From contig CATNEN010000039.1 in the NCBI GenBank assembly GCA_950097015.1, positions 13,144,001 through 13,208,000 of the forward strand: a stretch of 64,000 nucleotides of DNA, in the 5' to 3' direction. The position numbers and the translations under genes are program-made. Of this stretch, positions 1 through 15,000 are shown one piece after another (the stretch's first letter is position 1; every line of letters starts with the position of its first letter). The stretch comes from Macrostomum hystrix (taxonomy: Eukaryota; Animalia; Platyhelminthes). Below the pieces are notes generated by a model, which saw only the letters and a program-made list of their open reading frames with translations, was not told the DNA's origin and did not search any database.

Positions 1-3000
1 CATTCTCTGTCACTCTGCTCATTCTCTGTCACTCTGCTCATTTTCTGTCACTCTGCTCATTCTCTGTCACTCTGCTCATTCTCTGTCACTCTGCTCATTC
101 TCTGTCCCTTCTGCTCATTCACTGTCACTCTGCCCATTCTCTGTCACTCTGCTCATTCTCTGTCACTCTGCCGATTCTCTGTCACTCTGCTCATTCTCTG
201 TCACTTCTGCTCATTCTCTGTCACTCTGCCCATTCTCTGTCACTCTGCTCATTCTCTGTCACTCTGCTCATTCTCTGTCACTTCTGCTCATTCACTGTCA
301 CTCTGCTCATTCCCTGTCACTCTGCTCATTCTCTGTCACTCTGCTCATTCTCTGTCACTCTGCTCATTTTCTGTCACTCTGCTCATTCTCTGTCACTCTG
401 CTCATTCTCTGTCACTCTGCTCATTTTCTGTCACTCTGCTCATTCTCTGTCACTTCTGCTCATTCACTGTCACTTCTGCTCATTCTGTCACTCTGCTCAT
501 TCTCTGTCACTCTGCTCATTCTCTGTCACTCTGCTCATTCTCTGTCACTTCTGCTCATTCACTGTCACTCTGCTCATTCTCTGTCACTCTGCTCATTCTC
601 TGTCACTTCTGCTCATTCACTGTCACTCTGCTCATTCTCTGTCACTTCTGCTCATTCACTGTCACTCTGCTCATTCTCTGTCACTCTGCTCATTCTCTGT
701 CACTCTGCTCATTCACTGTCACTCTGCTCATTTTCTGTCACTCTGCTCATTCTCGGTCACTCTGCTCATTCTCTGTCACTCTGCTCATTCTCTGTCACTC
801 TGCTCATTTTCTGTCACTCTGCTCATTCTCTGTCACTCTGCTCATTTTCTGTCACTCTGCTCATTCTCTGTCACTCTGCTCATTCTCTGTCACTCTGCTC
901 ATTCTCTGTCACTCTGCTCATTTTCTGTCACTCTGCTCATTCTCTGTCACTCTGCTCAATCTCTGTCACTCTGCTCATTCTCTGTCACTTCTGCTCATTC
1001 ACTGTCACTCTGCTCATTCTCTGTCACTCTGCTCATTCTCTGTCACTCTGCTCATTCTCTGTCACTTCTGCTCATTCACTGTCACTCTGCTCATTTTCTG
1101 TCACTCTGCTCATTCTCTGTCACTCTGCCCATTCTCTGTCACTCTGCTCATTCTCTGTCACTTCTGCTCATTCTCTGTCACTCTGCCCATTCTCTGTCAC
1201 TTCTGCTCATTCACTGTCACTCTGCTCATTCTCTGTCCCTTCTGCTCATTCTCTGTCACTTCTGCTCATTCTGTCACTCTGCTCATTCTCTGTCACTCTG
1301 CTCATTCTCTGTCCCTTCTGCTCATTCACTGTCACTCTGCCCATTCTCTGTCACTCTGCTCATTCTCTGTCACTCTGCTCATTCTCTGTCACTTCTGCTC
1401 ATTCACTGTCACTCTGCTCATTCACTGTCACTCTGCTCATTCTCTGTCACTCTGCTCATTCTCTGTCACTCTGCTCATTCTCTGTCACTCTGCTCATTTT
1501 CTGTCACTCTGCTCATTCTCTGTCACTCTGCTCATTCTCTGTCACTCTGCTCATTCTCTGTCACTTCTGCTCATTCACTGTCACTCTGCTCATTCTCTGT
1601 CACTTCTGCTCATTCTCTGTCACTCTGCTCATTTTCTGTCACTCTGCTCATTCTCTGTCACTCTGCTCATTCTCTGTCACTCTGCTCATTCTCTGTCACT
1701 TCTGCTCATTCACTGTCACTCTGCTCATTCTCTGTCACTTCTGCTCATTCTCTGTCACTCTGCTCATTTTCTGTCACTCTGCTCATTCTCTGTCACTCTG
1801 CTCATTCTCTGTCACTCTGCTCATTCTCTGTCACTTCTGCTCATTCACTGTCACTCTGCTCATTCTCTGTCACTCTGCTCATTTTCTGTCACTCTGCTCA
1901 TTCACTGTCACTCTGCTCATTTTCTGTCACTCTGCTCATTCTCTGTCACTCTGCTCATTCACTGTCACTCTGCTCATTCTCTGTCACTCTGCTCATTCTC
2001 TGTCACTCTGCTCATTCTCTGTCACTCTGCTCATTCTCTGTCACTTCTGCTCATTCACTGTCACTCTGCTCATTCTCTGTCACTTCTGCTCATTCTGTCA
2101 CTCTGCTCATTCTCTGTCACTCTGCTCATTCTCTGTCCCTTCTGCTCATTCACTGTCACTCTGCTCATTCTCTGTCACTCTGCTCATTCTCTGTCCCTTC
2201 TGCTCATTCTCTGTCACTTCTGCTCATTCTGTCACTCTGCTCATTCTCTGTCACTCTGCTCATTCTCTGTCACTTCTGCTCATTCACTGTCACTCTGCTC
2301 ATTCCCTGTCACTCTGCTCATTCTCTGTCACTCTGCTCATTCTCTGTCACTCTGCTCATTCTCTGTCACTCTGCTCATTCTCTGTCACTTCTGCTCATTC
2401 TCTGTCACTCTGCTCATTCTCTGTCACTTCTGCTCATTCACTGTCACTCTGCTCATTCTCTGTCACTCTGCTCATTCTCTGTCACTCTGCCCATTCTCTG
2501 TCACTCTGCTCATTCTCTGTCACTCTGCTCATTCTCTGTCACTCTGCTCATTCTCTGTCACTCTGCTCATTCTCTGTCACTTCTGCTCATTCACTGTCAC
2601 TCTGCTCATTCTCTGTCACTCTGCTCATTCTCTGTCACTCTGCCCATTCTCTGTCACTCTGCTCATTCTCTGTCACTTCTGCTCATTCTCTGTCACTCTG
2701 CCCATTCTCTGTCACTCTGCCCATTCTCTGTCACTCTGCCCATTCTCTGTCACTCTGCTCATTCTCTGTCCCTTCTGCTCATTCTCTGTCACTTCTGCTC
2801 ATTCTGTCACTCTGCTCATTCTCTGTCACTCTGCTCATTCTCTGTCCCTTCTGCTCATTCACTGTCACTCTGCCCATTCTCTGTCACTCTGCTCATTCTC
2901 TGTCACTCTGCTCATTCACTGTCACTCTGCTCATTCTCTGTCACTTCTGCTCATTCACTGTCACTCTGCTCATTCTCTGTCACTCTGCTCATTCTCTGTC

Positions 3001-6000
3001 ACTTCTGCTCATTCACTGTCACTCTGCTCATTCTCTGTCACTCTGCTCATTCTCTGTCACTCTGCTCATTCTCTGTCACTCTGCTCATTTTCTGTCACTC
3101 TGCTCATTCTCTGTCACTTCTGCTCATTCACTGTCACTCTGCTCATTCTCTGTCACTTCTGCTCATTCTCTGTCACTCTGCTCATTTTCTGTCACTCTGC
3201 TCATTCTCTGTCACTCTGCTCATTCTCTGTCACTCTGCTCATTCTCTGTCACTTCTGCTCATTCACTGTCACTCTGCTCATTCTCTGTCACTCTGCTCAT
3301 TTTCTGTCACTCTGCTCATTCACTGTCACTCTGCTCATTTTCTGTCACTCTGCTCATTCTCTGTCACTCTGCTCATTCACTGTCACTCTGCTCATTCTCT
3401 GTCACTCTGCTCATTCTCTGTCACTTCTGCTCATTCACTGTCACTCTGCTCATTCTCTGTCACTCTGCTCATTCTCTGTCACTCTGCTCATTCTCTGTCA
3501 CTCTGCTCATTCTCTGTCACTTCTGCTCATTCACTGTCACTCTGCTCATTCTCTGTCACTCTGCTCATTCTCTGTCACTTCTGCTCATTCACTGTCACTC
3601 TGCTCATTCCCTGTCACTCTGCTCATTCTCTGTCACTCTGCTCATTCTCTGTCACTCTGCTCATTCTCTGTCACTCTGCTCATTCTCTGTCACTTCTGCT
3701 CATTCACTGTCACTCTGCTCATTTTCTGTCACTCTGCTCATTCTCTGTCACTCTGCCCATTCTCTGTCACTCTGCTCATTCTCTGTCACTTCTGCTCATT
3801 CTCTGTCACTCTGCCCATTCTCTGTCACTCTGCCCATTCTCTGTCACTCTGCTCATTCTCTGTCCCTTCTGCTCATTCTCTGTCACTTCTACTCATTCTG
3901 TCACTCTGCTCATTCTCTGTCACTCTGCTCATTCTCTGTCCCTTCTGCTCATTCACTGTCACTCTGCCCATTCTCTGTCACTCTGCTCATTCTCTGTCAC
4001 TCTGCTCATTCTCTGTCACTCTGCTCATTCTCTGTCACTTCTGCTCATTCACTGTCACTTCTGCTCATTCTGTCACTCTGCTCATTCTCTGTCACTCTGC
4101 TCATTCTCTGTCACTCTGCTCATTCTCTGTCACTTCTGCTCATTCACTGTCACTCTGCTCATTCTCTGTCACTCTGCTCATTCTCTGTCACTTCTGCTCA
4201 TTCACTGTCACTCTGCTCATTTTCTGTCACTCTGCTCATTCTCTGTCACTCTGCCCATTCTCTGTCACTTCTGCTCATTCACTGTCACTCTGCTCATTCT
4301 CTGTCCCTTCTGCTCATTCTCTGTCACTTCTGCTCATTCTGTCACTCTGCTCATTCTCTGTCACTCTGCTCATTCTCTGTCACTTCTGCTCATTCACTGT
4401 CACTCTGCCCATTCTCTGTCACTCTGCTCATTCTCTGTCACTCTGCTCATTCTCTGTCACTTCTGCTCATTCACTGTCACTCTGCTCATTCACTGTCACT
4501 CTGCTCATTCTCTGTCACTCTGCTCATTCTGTCACTCTGCTCATTCTCTGTCACTCTGCTCATTCTCTGTCACTTCTGCTCATTCACTGTCACTCTGCTC
4601 ATTCCCTGTCACTCTGCTCATTCTCTGTCACTCTGCTCATTCTCTGTCACTCTGCTCATTCTCTGTCACTCTGCTCATTCTCTGTCACTTCTGCTCATTC
4701 TCTGTCACTCTGCTCATTCTCTGTCACTTCTGCTCATTCACTGTCACTCTGCTCATTCTCTGTCACTCTGCTCATTCTCTGTCACTCTGCCCATTCTCTG
4801 TCACTCTGCTCATTCTCTGTCACTCTGCTCATTCTCTGTCACTCTGCTCATTCTCTGTCACTCTGCTCATTCTCTGTCACTTCTGCTCATTCACTGTCAC
4901 TCTGCTCATTCACTGTCACTCTGCTCATTTTCTGTCACTCTGCTCATTCTCTGTCACTCTGCTCATTCACTGTCACTCTGCTCATTCTCTGTCACTCTGC
5001 TCATTCTCTGTCACTCTGCTCATTCTCTGTCACTCTGCTCATTCTCTGTCACTTCTGCTCATTCACTGTCACTCTGCTCATTCTCTGTCACTTCTGCTCA
5101 TTCTGTCACTCTGCTCATTCTCTGTCACTCTGCTCATTCTCTGTCACTCTGCTCATTCTCTGTCACTCTGCTCATTCTCTGTCACTCTGCTCATTCTCTG
5201 TCCCTTCTGCTCATTCTCTGTCACTTCTGCTCATTCTGTCACTCTGCTCATTCTCTGTCACTCTGCTCATTCTCTGTCACTTCTGCTCATTCACTGTCAC
5301 TCTGCTCATTCCCTGTCACTCTGCTCATTCTCTGTCACTCTGCTCATTCTCTGTCACTCTGCTCATTCTCTGTCACTCTGCTCATTCTCTGTCACTTCTG
5401 CTCATTCTCTGTCACTCTGCTCATTCTCTGTCACTTCTGCTCATTCACTGTCACTCTGCTCATTCACTGTCACTCTGCTCATTCACTGTCACTCTGCTCA
5501 TTTTCTGTCACTCTGCTCATTCTCTGTCACTCTGCTCATTCTCTGTCACTCTGCTCATTCTCTGTCACTTCTGCTCATTCACTGTCACTCTGCTCATTCT
5601 CTGTCACTTCTGCTCATTCTCTGTCACTTCTGCTCATTCACTGTCACTCTGCTCATTCTCTGTCACTCTGCTCATTCTCTGTCACTCTGCCCATTCTCTG
5701 TCACTCTGCTCATTCTCTGTCACTCTGCTCATTCTCTGTCACTCTGCTCATTCTCTGTCACTTCTGCTCATTCTCTGTCACTCTGCTCATTTTCTGTCAC
5801 TCTGCTCATTCTCTGTCACTCTGCTCATTCTCTGTCACTTCTGCTCATTCACTGTCACTCTGCTCATTCCCTGTCACTCTGCTCATTCTCTGTCACTCTG
5901 CTCATTCTCTGTCACTCTGCTCATTCTCTGTCACTCTGCTCATTCTCTGTCACTTCTGCTCATTCTCTGTCACTCTGCTCATTCTCTGTCACTTCTGCTC

Positions 6001-9000
6001 ATTCACTGTCACTCTGCTCATTCTCTGTCACTCTGCTCATTCTCTGTCACTCTGCCCATTCTCTGTCACTCTGCTCATTCTCTGTCACTCTGCTCATTCT
6101 CTGTCACTCTGCTCATTCTCTGTCACTCTGCTCATTCTCTGTCACTTCTGCTCATTCACTGTCACTCTGCTCATTCTCTGTCACTCTGCTCATTCTCTGT
6201 CACTCTGCCCATTCTCTGTCACTCTGCTCATTCTCTGTCACTTCTGCTCATTCTCTGTCACTCTGCCCATTCTCTGTCACTCTGCCCATTCTCTGTCACT
6301 CTGCCCATTCTCTGTCACTCTGCTCATTCTCAGTCCCTTCTGCTCATTCTCTGTCACTTCTGCTCATTCTGTCACTCTGCTCATTCTCTGTCACTCTGCT
6401 CATTCTCTGTCCCTTCTGCTCATTCACTGTCACTCTGCCCATTCTCTGTCACTCTGCTCATTCTCTGTCACTCTGCTCATTCACTGTCACTCTGCTCATT
6501 CTCTGTCACTTCTGCTCATTCACTGTCACTCTGCTCATTCTCTGTCACTCTGCTCATTCTCTGTCACTTCTGCTCATTCACTGTCACTCTGCTCATTCTC
6601 TGTCACTCTGCTCATTCTCTGTCACTCTGCTCATTCTCTGTCACTCTGCTCATTTTCTGTCACTCTGCTCATTCTCTGTCACTTCTGCTCATTCACTGTC
6701 ACTCTGCTCATTCTCTGTCACTTCTGCTCATTCTCTGTCACTCTGCTCATTCTCTGTCACTTCTGCTCATTCACTGTCACTCTGCTCATTCTCTGTCACT
6801 CTGCTCATTTTCTGTCACTCTGCTCATTCACTGTCACTCTGCTCATTTTCTGTCACTCTGCTCATTCTCTGTCACTCTGCTCATTCACTGTCACTCTGCT
6901 CATTCTCTGTCACTCTGCTCATTCTCTGTCACTCTGCTCATTCTCTGTCACTTCTGCTCATTCACTGTCACTCTGCTCATTCTCTGTCACTCTGCTCATT
7001 CTCTGTCACTCTGCTCATTCTCTGTCCCTTCTGCTCATTCACTGTCACTCTGCCCATTCTCTGTCACTCTGCTCATTCTCTGTCACTCTGCCGATTCTCT
7101 GTCACTCTGCTCATTCTCTGTCACTTCTGCTCATTCTCTGTCACTCTGCCCATTCTCTGTCACTCTGCTCATTCTCTGTCACTCTGCTCATTCTCTGTCA
7201 CTTCTGCTCATTCACTGTCACTCTGCTCATTCCCTGTCACTCTGCTCATTCTCTGTCACTTCTGCTCATTCTGTCACTCTGCTCATTCTCTGTCACTCTG
7301 CTCATTCTCTGTCACTTCTGCTCATTCTCTGTCACTCTGCTCATTCTCTGTCACTTCTGCTCATTCACTGTCACTCTGCTCATTCACTGTCACTCTGCTC
7401 ATTCTCTGTCACTCTGCTCATTCTCTGTCACTCTGCTCATTCTCTGTCACTCTGCTCATTCTCTGTCACTTCTGCTCATTCACTGTCACTCTGCTCATTC
7501 TCTGTCACTTCTGCTCATTCTCTGTCACTCTGCTCATTTTCTGTCACTCTGCTCATTCTCTGTCACTCTGCTCATTCTCTGTCACTCTGCTCATTCTCTG
7601 TCACTTCTGCTCATTCACTGTCACTCTGCTCATTCTCTGTCACTTCTGCTCATTCTCTGTCACTTCTGCTCATTCACTGTCACTCTGCTCATTCTCTGTC
7701 ACTCTGCTCATTCTCTGTCACTCTGCCCATTCTCTGTCACTCTGCTCATTCTCTGTCACTCTGCTCATTCTCTGTCACTCTGCTCATTCTCTGTCACTTC
7801 TGCTCATTCTCTGTCACTCTGCTCATTTTCTGTCACTCTGCTCATTCTCTGTCACTCTGCTCATTCTCTGTCACTTCTGCTCATTCACTGTCACTCTGCT
7901 CATTCCCTGTCACTCTGCTCATTCTCTGTCACTCTGCTCATTCACTGTCACTCTGCTCATTCTCTGTCACTCTGCTCATTCTCTGTCACTCTGCTCATTC
8001 TCTGTCACTCTGCTCATTCTCTGTCACTTCTGCTCATTCACTGTCACTCTGCTCATTCTCTGTCACTTCTGCTCATTCTGTCACTCTGCTCATTCTCTGT
8101 CACTCTGCTCATTCTCTGTCACTCTGCTCATTCTCTGTCACTCTGCTCATTCTCTGTCACTCTGCTCATTCTCTGTCCCTTCTGCTCATTCTCTGTCACT
8201 TCTGCTCATTCTGTCACTCTGCTCATTCTCTGTCACTCTGCTCATTCTCTGTCACTTCTGCTCATTCACTGTCACTCTGCTCATTCCCTGTCACTCTGCT
8301 CATTCTCTGTCACTCTGCTCATTCTCTGTCACTCTGCTCATTCTCTGTCACTCTGCTCATTCTCTGTCACTCTGCTCATTCTCTGTCACTTCTGCTCATT
8401 CACTGTCACTCTGCTCATTCACTGTCACTCTGCTCATTTTCTGTCACTCTGCTCATTCTCTGTCACTCTGCTCATTCACTGTCACTCTGCTCATTCTCTG
8501 TCACTCTGCTCATTCTCTGTCACTCTGCTCATTCTCTGTCACTCTGCTCATTCTCTGTCACTTCTGCTCATTCACTGTCACTCTGCTCATTCTCTGTCAC
8601 TTCTGCTCATTCTGTCACTCTGCTCATTCTCTGTCACTCTGCTCATTCTCTGTCACTCTGCTCATTCTCTGTCACTCTGCTCATTCTCTGTCACTCTGCT
8701 CATTCTCTGTCCCTTCTGCTCATTCTCTGTCACTTCTGCTCATTCTGTCACTCTGCTCATTCTCTGTCACTCTGCTCATTCTCTGTCACTTCTGCTCATT
8801 CACTGTCACTCTGCTCATTCCCTGTCACTCTGCTCATTCTCTGTCACTCTGCTCATTCTCTGTCACTCTGCTCATTCTCTGTCACTCTGCTCATTCTCTG
8901 TCACTTCTGCTCATTCTCTGTCACTCTGCTCATTCTCTGTCACTTCTGCTCATTCACTGTCACTCTGCTCATTCACTGTCACTCTGCTCATTCACTGTCA

Positions 9001-12000
9001 CTCTGCTCATTTTCTGTCACTCTGCTCATTCTCTGTCACTCTGCTCATTCTCTGTCACTCTGCTCATTCTCTGTCACTTCTGCTCATTCACTGTCACTCT
9101 GCTCATTCTCTGTCACTTCTGCTCATTCTCTGTCACTTCTGCTCATTCACTGTCACTCTGCTCATTCTCTGTCACTCTGCTCATTCTCTGTCACTCTGCC
9201 CATTCTCTGTCACTCTGCTCATTCTCTGTCACTCTGCTCATTCTCTGTCACTCTGCTCATTCTCTGTCACTTCTGCTCATTCTCTGTCACTCTGCTCATT
9301 TTCTGTCACTCTGCTCATTCTCTGTCACTCTGCTCATTCTCTGTCACTTCTGCTCATTCACTGTCACTCTGCTCATTCCCTGTCACTCTGCTCATTCTCT
9401 GTCACTCTGCTCATTCTCTGTCACTCTGCTCATTCTCTGTCACTCTGCTCATTCTCTGTCACTTCTGCTCATTCTCTGTCACTCTGCTCATTCTCTGTCA
9501 CTTCTGCTCATTCACTGTCACTCTGCTCATTCTCTGTCACTCTGCTCATTCTCTGTCACTCTGCCCATTCTCTGTCACTCTGCTCATTCTCTGTCACTCT
9601 GCTCATTCTCTGTCACTCTGCTCATTCTCTGTCACTCTGCTCATTCTCTGTCACTTCTGCTCATTCACTGTCACTCTGCTCATTCTCTGTCACTCTGCTC
9701 ATTCTCTGTCACTCTGCCCATTCTCTGTCACTCTGCTCATTCTCTGTCACTTCTGCTCATTCTCTGTCACTCTGCCCATTCTCTGTCACTCTGCCCATTC
9801 TCTGTCACTCTGCCCATTCTCTGTCACTCTGCTCATTCTCAGTCCCTTCTGCTCATTCTCTGTCACTTCTGCTCATTCTGTCACTCTGCTCATTCTCTGT
9901 CACTCTGCTCATTCTCTGTCCCTTCTGCTCATTCACTGTCACTCTGCCCATTCTCTGTCACTCTGCTCATTCTCTGTCACTCTGCTCATTCACTGTCACT
10001 CTGCTCATTCTCTGTCACTTCTGCTCATTCACTGTCACTCTGCTCATTCTCTGTCACTCTGCTCATTCTCTGTCACTTCTGCTCATTCACTGTCACTCTG
10101 CTCATTCTCTGTCACTCTGCTCATTCTCTGTCACTCTGCTCATTCTCTGTCACTCTGCTCATTTTCTGTCACTCTGCTCATTCTCTGTCACTTCTGCTCA
10201 TTCACTGTCACTCTGCTCATTCTCTGTCACTTCTGCTCATTCTCTGTCACTCTGCTCATTCTCTGTCACTTCTGCTCATTCACTGTCACTCTGCTCATTC
10301 TCTGTCACTCTGCTCATTTTCTGTCACTCTGCTCATTCACTGTCACTCTGCTCATTTTCTGTCACTCTGCTCATTCTCTGTCACTCTGCTCATTCACTGT
10401 CACTCTGCTCATTCTCTGTCACTCTGCTCATTCTCTGTCACTCTGCTCATTCTCTGTCACTTCTGCTCATTCACTGTCACTCTGCTCATTCTCTGTCACT
10501 CTGCTCATTCTCTGTCACTCTGCTCATTCTCTGTCCCTTCTGCTCATTCACTGTCACTCTGCCCATTCTCTGTCACTCTGCTCATTCTCTGTCACTCTGC
10601 CGATTCTCTGTCACTCTGCTCATTCTCTGTCACTTCTGCTCATTCTCTGTCACTCTGCCCATTCTCTGTCACTCTGCTCATTCTCTGTCACTCTGCTCAT
10701 TCTCTGTCACTTCTGCTCATTCACTGTCACTCTGCTCATTCACTGTCACTCTGCTCATTCTCTGTCACTTCTGCTCATTCTGTCACTCTGCTCATTCTCT
10801 GTCACTCTGCTCATTCTCTGTCACTTCTGCTCATTCTCTGTCACTCTGCTCATTCTCTGTCACTTCTGCTCATTCACTGTCACTCTGCTCATTCACTGTC
10901 ACTCTGCTCATTCTCTGTCACTCTGCTCATTCTCTGTCACTCTGCTCATTCTCTGTCACTCTGCTCATTCTCTGTCACTTCTGCTCATTCACTGTCACTC
11001 TGCTCATTCTCTGTCACTTCTGCTCATTCTCTGTCACTCTGCTCATTTTCTGTCACTCTGCTCATTCTCTGTCACTCTGCTCATTCTCTGTCACTCTGCT
11101 CATTCTCTGTCACTTCTGCTCATTCACTGTCACTCTGCTCATTCTCTGTCACTTCTGCTCATTCTCTGTCACTTCTGCTCATTCACTGTCACTCTGCTCA
11201 TTCTCTGTCACTCTGCTCATTCTCTGTCACTCTGCCCATTCTCTGTCACTCTGCTCATTCTCTGTCACTCTGCTCATTCTCTGTCACTCTGCTCATTCTC
11301 TGTCACTCTGCTCATTCTCTGTCACTTCTGCTCATTCTCTGTCACTCTGCTCATTTTCTGTCACTCTGCTCATTCTCTGTCACTCTGCTCATTCTCTGTC
11401 ACTTCTGCTCATTCACTGTCACTCTGCTCATTCCCTGTCACTCTGCTCATTCTCTGTCACTCTGCTCATTCACTGTCACTCTGCTCATTCTCTGTCACTC
11501 TGCTCATTCTCTGTCACTCTGCTCATTCTCTGTCACTCTGCTCATTCTCTGTCACTTCTGCTCATTCACTGTCACTCTGCTCATTCTCTGTCACTTCTGC
11601 TCATTCTGTCACTCTGCTCATTCTCTGTCACTCTGCTCATTCTCTGTCACTCTGCTCATTCTCTGTCACTCTGCTCATTCTCTGTCACTCTGCTCATTCT
11701 CTGTCCCTTCTGCTCATTCTCTGTCACTTCTGCTCATTCTGTCACTCTGCTCATTCTCTGTCACTCTGCTCATTCTCTGTCACTTCTGCTCATTCACTGT
11801 CACTCTGCTCATTCCCTGTCACTCTGCTCATTCTCTGTCACTCTGCTCATTCTCTGTCACTCTGCTCATTCTCTGTCACTCTGCTCATTCTCTGTCACTT
11901 CTGCTCATTCTCTGTCACTCTGCTCATTCTCTGTCACTTCTGCTCATTCACTGTCACTCTGCTCATTCACTGTCACTCTGCTCATTCACTGTCACTCTGC

Positions 12001-15000
12001 TCATTTTCTGTCACTCTGCTCATTCTCTGTCACTCTGCTCATTCTCTGTCACTCTGCTCATTCTCTGTCACTTCTGCTCATTCACTGTCACTCTGCTCAT
12101 TCTCTGTCACTTCTGCTCATTCTCTGTCACTTCTGCTCATTCACTGTCACTCTGCTCATTCTCTGTCACTCTGCTCATTCTCTGTCACTCTGCCCATTCT
12201 CTGTCACTCTGCTCATTCTCTGTCACTCTGCTCATTCTCTGTCACTCTGCTCATTCTCTGTCACTTCTGCTCATTCTCTGTCACTCTGCTCATTTTCTGT
12301 CACTCTGCTCATTCTCTGTCACTCTGCTCATTCTCTGTCACTTCTGCTCATTCACTGTCACTCTGCTCATTCCCTGTCACTCTGCTCATTCTCTGTCACT
12401 CTGCTCATTCTCTGTCACTCTGCTCATTCTCTGTCACTCTGCTCATTCTCTGTCACTTCTGCTCATTCTCTGTCACTCTGCTCATTCTCTGTCACTTCTG
12501 CTCATTCACTGTCACTCTGCTCATTCTCTGTCACTCTGCTCATTCTCTGTCACTCTGCCCATTCTCTGTCACTCTGCTCATTCTCTGTCACTCTGCTCAT
12601 TCTCTGTCACTCTGCTCATTCTCTGTCACTCTGCTCATTCTCTGTCACTTCTGCTCATTCACTGTCACTCTGCTCATTCTCTGTCACTCTGCTCATTCTC
12701 TGTCACTCTGCCCATTCTCTGTCACTCTGCTCATTCTCTGTCACTTCTGCTCATTCTCTGTCACTCTGCCCATTCTCTGTCACTCTGCCCATTCTCTGTC
12801 ACTCTGCCCATTCTCTGTCACTCTGCTCATTCTCTGTCCCTTCTGCTCATTCTCTGTCACTTCTGCTCATTCTGTCACTCTGCTCATTCTCTGTCACTCT
12901 GCTCATTCTCTGTCCCTTCTGCTCATTCACTGTCACTCTGCCCATTCTCTGTCACTCTGCTCATTCTCTGTCACTCTGCTCATTCACTGTCACTCTGCTC
13001 ATTCTCTGTCACTTCTGCTCATTCACTGTCACTCTGCTCATTCTCTGTCACTCTGCTCATTCTCTGTCACTTCTGCTCATTCACTGTCACTCTGCTCATT
13101 CTCTGTCACTCTGCTCATTCTCTGTCACTCTGCTCATTCTCTGTCACTCTGCTCATTTTCTGTCACTCTGCTCATTCTCTGTCACTTCTGCTCATTCACT
13201 GTCACTCTGCTCATTCTCTGTCACTTCTGCTCATTCTCTGTCACTCTGCTCATTCTCTGTCACTTCTGCTCATTCACTGTCACTCTGCTCATTCTCTGTC
13301 ACTCTGCTCATTTTCTGTCACTCTGCTCATTCACTGTCACTCTGCTCATTTTCTGTCACTCTGCTCATTCTCTGTCACTCTGCTCATTCACTGTCACTCT
13401 GCTCATTCTCTGTCACTCTGCTCATTCTCTGTCACTCTGCTCATTCTCTGTCACTTCTGCTCATTCACTGTCACTCTGCTCATTCTCTGTCACTCTGCTC
13501 ATTCTCTGTCACTCTGCTCATTCTCTGTCCCTTCTGCTCATTCACTGTCACTCTGCCCATTCTCTGTCACTCTGCTCATTCTCTGTCACTCTGCCGATTC
13601 TCTGTCACTCTGCTCATTCTCTGTCACTTCTGCTCATTCTCTGTCACTCTGCCCATTCTCTGTCACTCTGCTCATTCTCTGTCACTCTGCTCATTCTCTG
13701 TCACTTCTGCTCATTCACTGTCACTCTGCTCATTCCCTGTCACTCTGCTCATTCTCTGTCACTTCTGCTCATTCTGTCACTCTGCTCATTCTCTGTCACT
13801 CTGCTCATTCTCTGTCACTTCTGCTCATTCTCTGTCACTCTGCTCATTCTCTGTCACTTCTGCTCATTCACTGTCACTCTGCTCATTCACTGTCACTCTG
13901 CTCATTCTCTGTCACTCTGCTCATTCTCTGTCACTCTGCTCATTCTCTGTCACTCTGCTCATTCTCTGTCACTTCTGCTCATTCACTGTCACTCTGCTCA
14001 TTCTCTGTCACTTCTGCTCATTCTCTGTCACTCTGCTCATTTTCTGTCACTCTGCTCATTCTCTGTCACTCTGCTCATTCTCTGTCACTCTGCTCATTCT
14101 CTGTCACTTCTGCTCATTCACTGTCACTCTGCTCATTCTCTGTCACTTCTGCTCATTCTCTGTCACTTCTGCTCATTCACTGTCACTCTGCTCATTCTCT
14201 GTCACTCTGCTCATTCTCTGTCACTCTGCCCATTCTCTGTCACTCTGCTCATTCTCTGTCACTCTGCTCATTCTCTGTCACTCTGCTCATTCTCTGTCAC
14301 TTCTGCTCATTCTCTGTCACTCTGCTCATTTTCTGTCACTCTGCTCATTCTCTGTCACTCTGCTCATTCTCTGTCACTTCTGCTCATTCACTGTCACTCT
14401 GCTCATTCCCTGTCACTCTGCTCATTCTCTGTCACTCTGCTCATTCTCTGTCACTCTGCTCATTCTCTGTCACTCTGCTCATTCTCTGTCACTTCTGCTC
14501 ATTCTCTGTCACTCTGCTCATTCTCTGTCACTTCTGCTCATTCACTGTCACTCTGCTCATTCTCTGTCACTCTGCTCATTCTCTGTCACTCTGCCCATTC
14601 TCTGTCACTCTGCTCATTCTCTGTCACTCTGCTCATTCTCTGTCACTCTGCTCATTCTCTGTCACTCTGCTCATTCTCTGTCACTTCTGCTCATTCACTG
14701 TCACTCTGCTCATTCTCTGTCACTCTGCTCATTCTCTGTCACTCTGCCCATTCTCTGTCACTCTGCTCATTCTCTGTCACTTCTGCTCATTCTCTGTCAC
14801 TCTGCCCATTCTCTGTCACTCTGCCCATTCTCTGTCACTCTGCCCATTCTCTGTCACTCTGCTCATTCTCTGTCCCTTCTGCTCATTCTCTGTCACTTCT
14901 GCTCATTCTGTCACTCTGCTCATTCTCTGTCACTCTGCTCATTCTCTGTCCCTTCTGCTCATTCACTGTCACTCTGCCCATTCTCTGTCACTCTGCTCAT